In this document: positions 1 to 8,772 of the stretch, piece by piece
How the letters are laid out: each line of letters starts with the position of its first letter
Numbering within the stretch: position 1 is the first letter of the stretch
IMG/VR virus record: IMGVR_UViG_3300012953_000147
Span: 1 to 29,599 of that record
Source: a virus
Lineage: Duplodnaviria; Caudoviricetes
DNA length: 29,599 nucleotides
Direction: 5' to 3' (one strand)
Notes under the pieces: model-generated
Told to the model about the DNA's origin: nothing
Databases searched by the model: none
What the model saw: the letters and a program-made list of their open reading frames with translations, nothing else
Program-made: the position numbers and the translations under genes

Positions 1-67
1 CTATTGCAGGTGCAACACCTACACTTGCAAAGACCACAGTTGTCGCAAATTTCAGAATCCTTTTCAT
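1..67 (-). CDS. 5' end of a signal-peptide-bearing hypothetical protein (runs off window)
   Basis: Minus-strand ATG at 67, 12 nt after the stop of the 80..580 ORF, reads MKRILKFATTVVFASVGVAPAI..., a basic-hydrophobic signal-like N-terminus. Not in the ORF track. Confidence 0.65.
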   Translation of the reverse strand, partial: MKRILKFATTVVFASVGVAPAI

Positions 68-79
68 CTTCAACCACTA

Positions 80-580
80 CTAACGTACGGTTATCTCAGA
101 TACAAACTGTGTTGTTACAGCAGTATTTGCTCCACCAGCTGCTATGTCACTAAACTCGTGAGTACTATTGACTTCACCAGCAAGGTCAGCAACTGTACCA
201 CCAGCTACACTGTATATATCACCAAAGTTTTGCGATGCTCCAACAGTTACTGCTGATGTAGGCAATGCGTCCCCTTGTAAAAAACTAGTAGAGTAGCTAA
301 AAGCTTCCCCTGCTGTGTGCTGTTCTGCTACTACTGCACCAGGAACTATAAGACCTGAAGTAATAGTACCTGATGATAGGTAATCATCATTGTCACCTAT
401 ACTTGTGTCCACATTACTACCTGAAATGCTGAACGAAGATCCTATCCTCTCAGCCTGAGTTGATGCTCCTCCTACGCTCAGTTGTACTGAAGAGGAAAAC
501 CTTGTAGTAATATCAGCTCTCACTGGGTTTGCTAATACACCGATACTAGCAAGCATAACGAAAGGAATGAATCTTTTCAT
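80..580 (-). CDS. hypothetical exported or virion-associated protein (Ser/Gly/Thr-rich, beta-rich)
   Basis: 166-aa ORF with signal-peptide-like N-terminus MKRFIPFVMLASIGVLANPVRA; preceded by a minus-strand TATAAATA late promoter. Confidence 0.8.
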   Translation of the reverse strand: MKRFIPFVMLASIGVLANPVRADITTRFSSSVQLSVGGASTQAERIGSSFSISGSNVDTSIGDNDDYLSSGTITSGLIVPGAVVAEQHTAGEAFSYSTSFLQGDALPTSAVTVGASQNFGDIYSVAGGTVADLAGEVNSTHEFSDIAAGGANTAVTTQFVSEITVR

Positions 581-605
581 TTCTTTACATAAGTTGATCT
601 TCAGC

Positions 606-613
606 TATTTATA
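606..613 (-). promoter_or_regulatory. T4-type late promoter (TATAAATA)
   Basis: tatttata on + = TATAAATA on -, about 25 nt upstream of the 580 start codon. Confidence 0.75.
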
Positions 614-632
614 CCTATAGATGTTCTAGAAA

Positions 633-652
633 ACCGTATCAAAATTTACGGT
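633..652. promoter_or_regulatory. palindromic operator ACCGTA-N8-TACGGT (contains NtcA-like GTA-N8-TAC)
   Basis: Perfect 6-bp arms around an 8-nt spacer in the divergent intergenic region. Confidence 0.4.
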
Positions 653-684
653 ATCAACGCTAACCATTCTTCCTCTTTACAGTG

Positions 685-691
685 TTAAATA
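685..691 (+). promoter_or_regulatory. late-promoter-like element (TTAAATA) for hsp20
   Basis: TAAATA core immediately upstream of the structured hsp20 leader. Confidence 0.5.
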
Positions 692-694
692 GAA

Positions 695-749
695 GTGATT
701 GCCGAAAGGGATCACCATTAACCTCGCTTATTTAAGGAGAACTATTATG
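695..749 (+). promoter_or_regulatory. structured hsp20 5' UTR, ROSE-like RNA thermometer
   Basis: Hairpin 1 GUGAU-U-g-CC-GAAA-GG-G-AUCAC (695-715). Hairpin 2 CUC-g-CUU-auuu-AAG-GAG (723-739) pairs the SD and contains UCGCU with a bulged G. Confidence 0.55.
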
Positions 750-1193
750 ACAAATTTATCACGTTATCGTGCGTCTGATTTACCCGAACTATTTGATAAG
801 ATTACTAAGCATAGTCTAGGGTTTAATGATCAATACTTTGATCGTTTTTTCAATGTAGATGTACCACACAGTAATTATCCACCATACAATCTTGTAACTA
901 TTAACAACGTGGAGTCACGTTTGGAGATTGCACTTGCTGGATTCAAGCGTGAAGACGTAAATGTCTACACAGAATATGGTAAGTTAGTTGTAGAAGGTAA
1001 GAAGGACACTAAAGAAGGAGAGGAAGTAGAATACTTCCATCAGGGTCTTGCTCAGAGATCTTTCACTAAACAGTGGACTCTTACTGATGATACAGAAGTT
1101 CGTAATGTAAAATTTGAGGACGGTTTACTCACCATTGAGTTGGGTAAGATTGTTCCAGAACATCACGCAAGAAAGGATTGGTCATTAGCTTGA
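747..1193 (+). CDS. hsp20: small heat shock protein (Hsp20/alpha-crystallin family)
   Basis: NYPPYNL...LEIALAGF...RSFTKQWTL...FEDGLLTIEL motifs. True start is probably ATG 747 after AAGGAG, not 699. Confidence 0.95.
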   Translation: MTNLSRYRASDLPELFDKITKHSLGFNDQYFDRFFNVDVPHSNYPPYNLVTINNVESRLEIALAGFKREDVNVYTEYGKLVVEGKKDTKEGEEVEYFHQGLAQRSFTKQWTLTDDTEVRNVKFEDGLLTIELGKIVPEHHARKDWSLA

Positions 1194-1223
1194 CTTATCC
1201 TTAACCTTGTGCTATTATAAATA
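1190..1223 (+). promoter_or_regulatory. overlapping sigma70-like and late promoters
   Basis: TTGACT(1190)-17 nt-TATTAT(1213) with extended TG, plus TATAAATA at 1216-1223. Confidence 0.7.
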
Positions 1224-1225
1224 AC

Positions 1226-1329
1226 TTAACATACGTTAATACAGGCCCGAAAGATCGTACCCTGTCAGATGTTAAAACTATCCCATGTCGGGGATGGTAT
1301 CATCCGCAGGGTTTTTCTATACCTTTGCG
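1226..1329 (+). ncRNA. putative structured leader or cis-regulatory RNA
   Basis: Stems TTAACAT/ATGTTAA (1226-1232/1269-1275), ACAGG/CCTGT (1241-1245/1261-1265), ACTATCCC/GGGATGGT (1277-1284/1291-1298), CGCAGGGT/ACCTTTGCG (1305-1312/1321-1329). Confidence 0.55.
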
Positions 1330-1347
1330 AGATAATTAAAAACTAAA

Positions 1348-1707
1348 ATGTCTTTTAAATCAACAATCGCTGCGGTAGCAGCATCTCCATTCCTATTCGC
1401 TGGTGCAGCTTTTGCTGGTCCTTACGTGAATATTGAAGCGAATGGTTCATATCCAGATGGTTCATATGAGTCAGGTGCATTAGAAGCACAAGTTGGATAC
1501 GAAGGATCCACAGAAGGTGGATTTGACTGGTATGTATCAGGCGGTCCTACAGTAACTCACACAGAATCTACTGATGAGTACGGTGATGTAGAACTAGCAG
1601 GATACCTTGGTGGTTCTTATGATAAGTTCTACGGAGAGATCTACGGTGTAACTAACGACAGCGACCTTGACCTTGCTGGAAAGGTTGGTGTTAAGTTCAC
1701 TTTCTAA
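1348..1707 (+). CDS. small outer-membrane beta-barrel-like protein
   Basis: Signal peptide ending AAFA, alternating Gly/aromatic beta strands, C-terminal ...GVKFTF (terminal Phe typical of OMPs). Confidence 0.75.
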   Translation: MSFKSTIAAVAASPFLFAGAAFAGPYVNIEANGSYPDGSYESGALEAQVGYEGSTEGGFDWYVSGGPTVTHTESTDEYGDVELAGYLGGSYDKFYGEIYGVTNDSDLDLAGKVGVKFTF

Positions 1708-1740
1708 AATAAAAAGTTATATATAGTCTATAACTTAATA

Positions 1741-1765
1741 GAGAACCCTTCGGGGTTCTCTTTTT
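1741..1765 (+). terminator. Rho-independent terminator with UUCG tetraloop
   Basis: GAGAACCC-TTCG-GGGTTCTC-TTTTT. Confidence 0.9.
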
Positions 1766-1778
1766 ATTGGAATTCCTA

Positions 1779-2009
1779 ATGAACTTCTATTATAATTGCT
1801 CACCACAAGGCTACAATGGTGACAAAGAGGTCTTGACAATTGAACTCCCATCGTATATGATGGAAGATGTATTGACGCTTGCACGTAACATTGCATACGA
1901 AAAAGGCACTCATCCTACCAAAGTCCTTAAGGACATAATTAATCAAAGCGTCAACATTATTGCAGAAAAAAGCTATGAGCGTAAAAATCGCAAGACTAAA
2001 AGGCGGTGA
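1779..2009 (+). CDS. hypothetical protein
   Basis: ORF from ATG 1779 (MNFYYNCSPQGY...), overlapping the next gene. Confidence 0.7.
   Translation: MNFYYNCSPQGYNGDKEVLTIELPSYMMEDVLTLARNIAYEKGTHPTKVLKDIINQSVNIIAEKSYERKNRKTKRR
1833..1861 (+). promoter_or_regulatory. sigma70-like early/middle promoter
   Basis: TTGACA-17 nt-TATGAT inside the 1779 ORF, upstream of the 1975 gene. Confidence 0.55.
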
Positions 2010-2376
2010 AGATGTCATCGCTGACATTAAAGAAGTCAGTGCTAAGGAAGACGAGAACAAAACTGCTATTGCATTCATGTTCCGTGACCCATACACAGTC
2101 ATTTTAGATGATCAATCTGAAATTGAGATGGAGATGTGGGGTGAAGGAGATGAAGAGATGGAAGAAGAGCAGGAGATTCTAGCATCTAATAAAGAAGCAA
2201 TTGAAAAGAATCCTAATCTTATTCTATATCCTTGGGCACCCTTAGCAACTAACAGAGACTTTTATATTCGTTTAGAAGAAGTCGTTACTGTCTATGATCC
2301 TCATGGTCAAGTAACAGAAAAGTACATTGAACTTATTGAGGCAAAAGATGGAGAATCTAAAGATAGTTCTTCTTAA
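1975..2376 (+). CDS. conserved T4-like cyanophage hypothetical protein upstream of gp43
   Basis: MSVKIARLKGGEDVIAD...LYPWAPL pattern with an acidic insertion; syntenic between hsp20 and gp43. Confidence 0.8.
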   Translation: MSVKIARLKGGEDVIADIKEVSAKEDENKTAIAFMFRDPYTVILDDQSEIEMEMWGEGDEEMEEEQEILASNKEAIEKNPNLILYPWAPLATNRDFYIRLEEVVTVYDPHGQVTEKYIELIEAKDGESKDSSS

Positions 2377-2626
2377 GAACGGTGGTCTAAATGACTATCT
2401 TATTGGTGTAGTTGAAGAACTTGATGAGGAGCCAGCACTCTTCATTCAAGATTGCTTCAAGATTGTGGATGATAACTTGGAGGTCTATCCAAAATATTCA
2501 GCACAACGTGACTTGTTCTTGACAAGTGAGTCAATCTTTACTATAGTAGATCCAAGTGCTGCAATGGTGGAACTGTACAATTTTACAGTACCTGCTAAAC
2601 CACCTGCTGACGAACCTACTGAATGA
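2348..2626 (+). CDS. conserved hypothetical protein
   Basis: ORF from ATG 2348 (MENLKIVLLKNG...); stop overlaps the gp43 start (ATGA). Confidence 0.75.
   Translation: MENLKIVLLKNGGLNDYLIGVVEELDEEPALFIQDCFKIVDDNLEVYPKYSAQRDLFLTSESIFTIVDPSAAMVELYNFTVPAKPPADEPTE
2519..2547 (+). promoter_or_regulatory. sigma70-like promoter for gp43
   Basis: TTGACA-17 nt-TATAGT, about 75 nt upstream of the gp43 start. Confidence 0.6.
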
Positions 2627-5100
2627 GTTTCTACACCAACGTTCAACTTTTAGGAAATACTATCCTCTATAGAGGATATGAAGGAGGGGAGCGAGTAGAA
2701 CATCGCTTCCAATTTTCTCCTACTCTTTTCATGACAAGTAATAAGGAGGAGAAGTATAAGACTTTAACAGGACGTAATGTTAAACCTGTTAAATTCAACA
2801 CAGTTCGTGAAGCAAGAGATTTTGCTGAGAAATATCACGGTGTTGAGGGTGTAGAAGTACATGGATATGACCGTTATCTTTATCAATTCTTGTCTAAAGA
2901 ATTTGCAGGTGAGGTAGACTATCGTATGGATCAGATGAAGATCTATACTATTGATATTGAGGTAGCATGTGAGAATGGATTCCCAGATGTAGATGCATCA
3001 GCAGAGGAAATGCTATGTATTACGATCAGAGATCATGCAACTAAGAAGACTATTACATGGGGAATCAGAGAATTTGAATCTGAGCATGAGCATCACATCT
3101 TTGATGATGAACGTTCAATGCTTGCTCACTTTATTAAATGGTGGGCAGAAAATACTCCTGACATTGTAACAGGATGGAACTGTAACCTGTATGATATTCC
3201 ATATATTTGTCGTCGTGTAGATCGTATCCTTGGAGAGAAGTGGATGAAGTCTTTGTCACCTTGGAATAAGGTTGATGAGGAAGAAGTTTATATTCAAGGT
3301 CGTCGTAATATCTACTATGATATTTGTGGTGTATCAATTCTAGATTATCTAGATCTTTATAAGAAGTTTACCTATACTAATAGAGAGTCTTATCGTCTTG
3401 ATTATATTGCCAATGTAGAATTGGGACAGAAGAAGTTAGATTGGTCTGAACATGAAAACTTCAAAGCATTCTATACTAATGATTGGCAGAAGTTTATTGA
3501 ATATAACATCATTGACGTTGAACTTGTTGACCGTTTGGAAGACAAGATGAAGTTGCTTGAACTAGCAATCACAATGGCATATGATGCTAAGGTAAACTTT
3601 GATGACGTATACTCACAGGTTCGCATGTGGGATACTATGATATATAATTATCTAAAGAAGAAGAACTTTGTAGTTCCTCCAAAAAAACGTTCATCTAAAA
3701 ACGAAAAATACGCAGGTGCTTATGTTAAGGAACCGAAACCAGGACGCTATGATTGGGTGGTTAATTTTGACCTCAATAGCCTGTATCCTCATCTCATTAT
3801 GCAGTACAATATCAGTCCAGAAACCCTCTGGGAGACTAGACACAGTAATGCCAGCGTTGAAGGGATCTTAAAACAAGATTGTACATTTGATCCTCAGTTT
3901 GCAACATGTGCTAATGGTGCACAGTATCGTAAAGATATCAGAGGATTCCTACCAGAAATGATGGAGACTATTTACAATGAGCGAACGATTTATAAGAAGA
4001 AAATGCTCAAAGCGAAGGGGGATAATGAAGTTTCGCCAAGTGCCAAACTACAAAGAGATATTAGTAAATTCAATAACATCCAAATGGCTAGAAAGATCCA
4101 GCTCAATTCAGCTTATGGTGCCATTGGAAATCAATACTTTAGATATTACAACCTACTTAATGCTGAGGCGATTACTCTCAGTGGGCAGGTTAGCATCCGT
4201 TGGATTGAAAACAAAATGAATCAGTATCTAAACAAGATACTGAAAACTACTGGAGAAGATTATGTTATTGCTTCTGATACCGACAGTATATATCTTAACT
4301 TGGGTCCTCTGGTTGAGACTGTATACAAGGGGAGAGAGAAAACTGATGAAAGCGTTGTCACGTTCCTTAATAAGATCTGTGAGTTGGAACTTGAAAAGTT
4401 TATTGAAAGTTCTTACCAAGAATTGGCCGACTACGTAAGTGCTTACGATCAAAAGATGTTTATGAAACGTGAGACCATTGCCAACAAAGGTATATGGACA
4501 GCGAAGAAGAGATACATCTTAAATGCATGGGACATAGAGGGTGTTCGTTTCAAAGAACCACAACTTAAAGTTATGGGTATTGAAGCGGTCAAGTCTTCTA
4601 CACCTGCTGCATGTCGTACTGCTATTAAGGATGCACTTAAAGTTATTATGAATGGTACTGAGGAAGATGCTCAGAAATTTATAGCAGACTTTAAAGAAAA
4701 GTTCAACGCACTTCCACCAGAGAATATTGCATTCCCTCGTGGGTGTAATGGTGTAAGTAAGTGGTCAGACCCATCAGGTTTGTATAGTAAGGGTACTCCT
4801 ATACATGTACGTGGTGCTATTCTTTATAACTTCCATATTAAGAAGAACAAACTCACACACAAGTACCCATTAATTCAAGACGGTGAGAAGGTGAAATTCA
4901 TTTACTTGAAGACACCAAACAAGATCATTGAGAATGTCATCTCATTTATGAGTGACTTCCCCAAAGAATTGGGGCTTGACAAATCAGTGGATTATGAGTT
5001 ACAATTCCAGAAGAGTTTCCTAGATCCACTAAAAGTTATTCTTGACACAATCGGGTGGAAACCTGAGAAAATAGCAACCTTAGAACATTTATTCGGATGA
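2623..5100 (+). CDS. gp43: family B DNA polymerase (T4 gp43-like)
   Basis: Exo motifs [18 protein letters not shown]; polymerase motifs [26 protein letters not shown]. Confidence 0.98.
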   Translation: MSFYTNVQLLGNTILYRGYEGGERVEHRFQFSPTLFMTSNKEEKYKTLTGRNVKPVKFNTVREARDFAEKYHGVEGVEVHGYDRYLYQFLSKEFAGEVDYRMDQMKIYTIDIEVACENGFPDVDASAEEMLCITIRDHATKKTITWGIREFESEHEHHIFDDERSMLAHFIKWWAENTPDIVTGWNCNLYDIPYICRRVDRILGEKWMKSLSPWNKVDEEEVYIQGRRNIYYDICGVSILDYLDLYKKFTYTNRESYRLDYIANVELGQKKLDWSEHENFKAFYTNDWQKFIEYNIIDVELVDRLEDKMKLLELAITMAYDAKVNFDDVYSQVRMWDTMIYNYLKKKNFVVPPKKRSSKNEKYAGAYVKEPKPGRYDWVVNFDLNSLYPHLIMQYNISPETLWETRHSNASVEGILKQDCTFDPQFATCANGAQYRKDIRGFLPEMMETIYNERTIYKKKMLKAKGDNEVSPSAKLQRDISKFNNIQMARKIQLNSAYGAIGNQYFRYYNLLNAEAITLSGQVSIRWIENKMNQYLNKILKTTGEDYVIASDTDSIYLNLGPLVETVYKGREKTDESVVTFLNKICELELEKFIESSYQELADYVSAYDQKMFMKRETIANKGIWTAKKRYILNAWDIEGVRFKEPQLKVMGIEAVKSSTPAACRTAIKDALKVIMNGTEEDAQKFIADFKEKFNALPPENIAFPRGCNGVSKWSDPSGLYSKGTPIHVRGAILYNFHIKKNKLTHKYPLIQDGEKVKFIYLKTPNKIIENVISFMSDFPKELGLDKSVDYELQFQKSFLDPLKVILDTIGWKPEKIATLEHLFG
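4976..5005 (+). promoter_or_regulatory. possible sigma70-like promoter for uvsX
   Basis: TTGACA-18 nt-TACAAT near the end of gp43. Confidence 0.45.
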
Positions 5101-6122
5101 CAAGTAGTTTTTTAAAAGATGTAGTTGGAGAGATTGGAAACGAGTATGCTTCCATCGTCTCCGATGGTGTATCAGCAGGTGATACTGCTAATTACATTGA
5201 CACTGGTAGTTACATTTTCAATGCACTATGTAGTGGGTCTATCTATGGAGGTCTTCCATCTAATAAGATCACAGCACTTGCTGGTGAGACTAGTACAGGT
5301 AAAACATTCTTTGCCCTAGGACTAGTTCGTAGTTTTCTGGAGATGGATCCAGATGCAGGTGTTGTTTATTTTGAAAGTGAATCTGCTCTCTCTAAAAATT
5401 TAATTGAAGAGAAGGGTATAGATTCAAATCGTATTATCATTGTGCCTGTAGTTACAGTACAGGAATTTAGAACACAAGCAATACGTATCCTTGATAAATA
5501 TTTACAACAGGCAGAATCAGATCGTAAACCTTTAATGTTTGTTCTTGACTCACTTGGTATGCTAAGTACTACCAAAGAGATTGAGGACAGTGAAGCAGGG
5601 AAAGAAACTCGTGATATGACTCGTGCCCAGATTGTCAAGTCCATCTTTAGAGTGTTAACTTTAAAACTTGGCAAGTCAAATGTACCCCTTATAGTTACTA
5701 ATCATACATACGATGTGGTCGGCAGTTATATCCCAACTAAAGAAATGGGAGGCGGTAGTGGCCTCAAGTATGCCGCGTCTACAATCATCTATCTTAGCAA
5801 AAAAAAGGAAAAGGATCAGACAGAGGTTGTTGGAAACCTTATTAAAGCTAAGACAGCTAAAAGTAGACTCAGTAAAGAAAACTCGGAAGTCACTACTAGA
5901 TTATTTTACCAAAAAGGATTAGACAGATACTATGGTCTCATAGAACTCGGTCTTAAATACGAAGTATTTGAAAAGAAAGGTACTCGTATCAAGGTCGGAG
6001 ACTCATCAGTTTATCCAAAACAAATGCTTGAGAATCCTGAGAAGTATTTTACTCCAGAGATCATGCAAGCACTAGACGAGTGTGCTAAAAAGGAATTTAG
6101 TTACGGTAATGAAACTACTTAA
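5097..6122 (+). CDS. uvsX: RecA-like recombinase UvsX
   Basis: Walker [28 protein letters not shown]. Confidence 0.96.
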   Translation: MTSSFLKDVVGEIGNEYASIVSDGVSAGDTANYIDTGSYIFNALCSGSIYGGLPSNKITALAGETSTGKTFFALGLVRSFLEMDPDAGVVYFESESALSKNLIEEKGIDSNRIIIVPVVTVQEFRTQAIRILDKYLQQAESDRKPLMFVLDSLGMLSTTKEIEDSEAGKETRDMTRAQIVKSIFRVLTLKLGKSNVPLIVTNHTYDVVGSYIPTKEMGGGSGLKYAASTIIYLSKKKEKDQTEVVGNLIKAKTAKSRLSKENSEVTTRLFYQKGLDRYYGLIELGLKYEVFEKKGTRIKVGDSSVYPKQMLENPEKYFTPEIMQALDECAKKEFSYGNETT

Positions 6123-6705
6123 AGATTACATCCGTGTTTACGATGATGTAATTGATGAAGCTTTATGCCAACAATGTATCAGTCTCTTTGAAGATAATAA
6201 AGAACTTCATCAGAGATTGGAAAATGAATTACGTCCCCAATGCACCCAGTTTAATTTTACTAAACTGTATCAAGAAGATAAGACAACCCACGAACCTCTA
6301 CACTACCTATTACAGGCAGCGTATGTGGGTTGTTTAAATCTATATAAAACTGAAGCAGGTGTTGGTGATAAGTATCAAGACGATGTTGCCCTAGAAGAAT
6401 TTAGATTTACAAAGTATAATACTTCATTTCAAGATGATTGTACTTTACCTAGTGGTGATTCAGATCAGTATAAAGAACATGTACATGTTCGTGACTACAA
6501 TTCTGCTCGTAGATACCTAGCAATGATCTTGTATCTCAGCGAACCTAATGAAGGTGAAGAAGTATTTCCTGACATAAGTTACTGGATTAAGCCAAAGTGT
6601 GGTAGAATGTTAGTGTTCCCACCCACATGGCAATACCCTAACTTAAGTAAACCATGTAGAAAGAGAGCGAAGTATCAAGTCGGAACTTATTTGCATTACC
6701 TATGA
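6109..6705 (+). CDS. 2OG-Fe(II) oxygenase-fold protein with altered metal ligands
   Basis: [21 protein letters not shown]...[17 protein letters not shown]...KY..GTYLHY layout matches phage prolyl-4-hydroxylase-like proteins; start probably ATG 6109. Confidence 0.75.
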   Translation: MKLLKDYIRVYDDVIDEALCQQCISLFEDNKELHQRLENELRPQCTQFNFTKLYQEDKTTHEPLHYLLQAAYVGCLNLYKTEAGVGDKYQDDVALEEFRFTKYNTSFQDDCTLPSGDSDQYKEHVHVRDYNSARRYLAMILYLSEPNEGEEVFPDISYWIKPKCGRMLVFPPTWQYPNLSKPCRKRAKYQVGTYLHYL

Positions 6706-8075
6706 ATCAAGAGTTACTAATTTTAACTAACCTTTTATGTAATGAACAGTACGTACGCAAGGCAACACCGTTCTTAAAGTCAGAGTATTTTACTGAGTTT
6801 AATTACCGTGTAATCTTTGATGAACTTCATGCTTACATAAATAAGTACAATAGTCTTGCCGATAAGAACATACTCTACATTGAGTTAGAGAAGAGAACAG
6901 ATCTAACCGATGATGGATTTCAGCAAGTCAGAGGCATTGTAGAAAGCATAATTTGCGAAGAACAAGAACTACCATGGTTGTTGGACACCACTGAGAAATG
7001 GTGTCAGGAGAGAGCAATATATTTGGCACTCATGGAGTCTATCAAAATTGCAGATGGACAAGATAAAGATAAAGACAAGGGAGCAATCCCTCATGTTTTA
7101 ACTGAAGCACTTGGAGTTTCCTTTGACACACATATCGGGCACGATTATATCTCAGATTCAGACGAGAGATATGAAACGTATCATAAGAAAGAACAGAAGA
7201 TTCCGTTTGATTTGGAACTCTTCAATAAAATTACGAAAGGGGGTCTCCCTAATAAGACGCTCAACGTGGCACTGGCTGGAACTGGTGTTGGTAAGTCATT
7301 GTTTATGTGTCATATGGCCAGTGCGACGTTACTACAAGGGAAGAACGTTCTCTATATCACATTGGAAATGGCTGAAGAGAAGATCGCAGAGAGAATTGAC
7401 GCAAATCTACTCAATGTTAACATCCAAGACTTGAAATCATTACCCAAAGTAATGTTTGATAACAAGATTGGAAACCTTCAAAAGAAAACAACTGGTAAGG
7501 TTATCATCAAAGAGTATCCTACTGCATCAGCACACTCTGGACACTTCAGATCATTGGTTGGTGACCTTAAACTTAAGAAGAATTTTACTCCAGACATCAT
7601 CTTTGTAGACTATCTAAATATATGTGCTTCAAGCAGATATCGTAGTGGCACGAACATCAACTCGTACACGTTGGTTAAGAGTATCGCAGAAGAACTTCGT
7701 GGACTTGCTGTTGAAAGTAATGTCCCGATTGTTAGTGCTACTCAAACTACTCGTGCTGGTTTCGGGTCTAGCGATCCTGACCTTACTGACACGTCAGAGT
7801 CTTTCGGACTCCCTGCTACTGCTGACCTTATGTTCGCTCTCATATCTACTGAGGAATTGGAAGGTTTGAATCAGATCATGGTCAAGCAGTTGAAGAATCG
7901 TTACAACGATCCTACAATGAACAAAAAGTTTTGCGTAGGTATTGACAGAGCGAAGATGAGACTGTATGATATACCAAACCCTCAAGGGGGATTGGTTGAT
8001 TCTGGTCAGGATCAAGACATTGAAATCGTTAAGAAGATTTCTAAGAGTGACAAATTATCTCAATTAACTTATTAA
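6702..8075 (+). CDS. gp41: replicative DnaB-like helicase (T4 gp41)
   Basis: AGTGVGKS Walker A, ITLEMAEE, IFVDYLN, SATQTTR, QLKNRY. Confidence 0.96.
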   Translation: MNQELLILTNLLCNEQYVRKATPFLKSEYFTEFNYRVIFDELHAYINKYNSLADKNILYIELEKRTDLTDDGFQQVRGIVESIICEEQELPWLLDTTEKWCQERAIYLALMESIKIADGQDKDKDKGAIPHVLTEALGVSFDTHIGHDYISDSDERYETYHKKEQKIPFDLELFNKITKGGLPNKTLNVALAGTGVGKSLFMCHMASATLLQGKNVLYITLEMAEEKIAERIDANLLNVNIQDLKSLPKVMFDNKIGNLQKKTTGKVIIKEYPTASAHSGHFRSLVGDLKLKKNFTPDIIFVDYLNICASSRYRSGTNINSYTLVKSIAEELRGLAVESNVPIVSATQTTRAGFGSSDPDLTDTSESFGLPATADLMFALISTEELEGLNQIMVKQLKNRYNDPTMNKKFCVGIDRAKMRLYDIPNPQGGLVDSGQDQDIEIVKKISKSDKLSQLTY

Positions 8076-8076
8076 A

Positions 8077-8550
8077 ATGAAACGACCTGAGAAAGGATTT
8101 GCCAGTGGTACTGGTATTAATGAAGACACCGTTACGGATGTCATTCCAAAGGTAGATTATGATGCCTATCTTGAATTTGTAGAACAGGTAACCTCACCTG
8201 AGTCTAAAGATTATGATGCATTTGGAGAACGCTTAGATGCACTCCAAGCAAAACAAGCAGATGTCCAAAGATTAATCACTGCTGCTATGGGTATTAGTGC
8301 TGAAGGTGGTGAGTTTATGGAGATCGTTAAGAAGATTTGCTTCCAAGGAAAACCTTATAGCGATGACAATATTGATCATATGAAGACCGAACTAGGTGAT
8401 ATATTATGGTACATAGGACAAGCATGTATAGCATTGGGTACATCATTTGATGAACTTACCTTGCTAAACGTGAATAAATTAGTAGCAAGATACCCAGAAG
8501 AACAATTCAATGTGATGCGTTCTGAAAATCGTAAAAAAGGAGACCGTTAA
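8077..8550 (+). CDS. mazG: MazG-like nucleotide pyrophosphohydrolase
   Basis: EGGEFMEIVKK...ELGDILWY...NVNKLVARYP. Confidence 0.92.
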   Translation: MKRPEKGFASGTGINEDTVTDVIPKVDYDAYLEFVEQVTSPESKDYDAFGERLDALQAKQADVQRLITAAMGISAEGGEFMEIVKKICFQGKPYSDDNIDHMKTELGDILWYIGQACIALGTSFDELTLLNVNKLVARYPEEQFNVMRSENRKKGDR

Positions 8551-8750
8551 TGTTATCAAAACAAGTAGAAGAATCACTAAGAGCATCCCAAGAACATCTA
8601 AGAGATGCTTTAGCATTCTCAGCACGAGGTGAGAAACCTTATGTATCAAAACATATCGCTAGTTTCTTAGCAGATATTGATAACCTCATTGATGCATATG
8701 ATATCATAGAAAAGATGAGAGAGAAAGTAGAAGGACTAGACGATAAATAG
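8550..8750 (+). CDS. hypothetical protein
   Basis: 66-aa ORF translationally coupled to mazG (TAATG). Confidence 0.75.
   Translation: MLSKQVEESLRASQEHLRDALAFSARGEKPYVSKHIASFLADIDNLIDAYDIIEKMREKVEGLDDK
8743..8749 (+). promoter_or_regulatory. late promoter (ATAAATA)
   Basis: About 24 nt upstream of the 8773 start, followed by a GAGGAG SD. Confidence 0.6.
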
Positions 8751-8772
8751 TCCGAGGAGACCTGCGTGACTA

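Noticed and set aside
699-746. N-terminal extension of Hsp20 in the ORF track
   Set aside because: A strong SD precedes ATG 747, and the upstream part is better explained as structured UTR.
1714-1736. AT-rich inverted repeat AAGTTATA...TATAACTT
   Set aside because: Weak, low-complexity and adjacent to a clear terminator; no function can be supported.
5799-5806. A8 run in uvsX as a possible frameshift site
   Set aside because: It encodes the LSKKKEK segment in an intact frame, and there is no useful alternative ORF.
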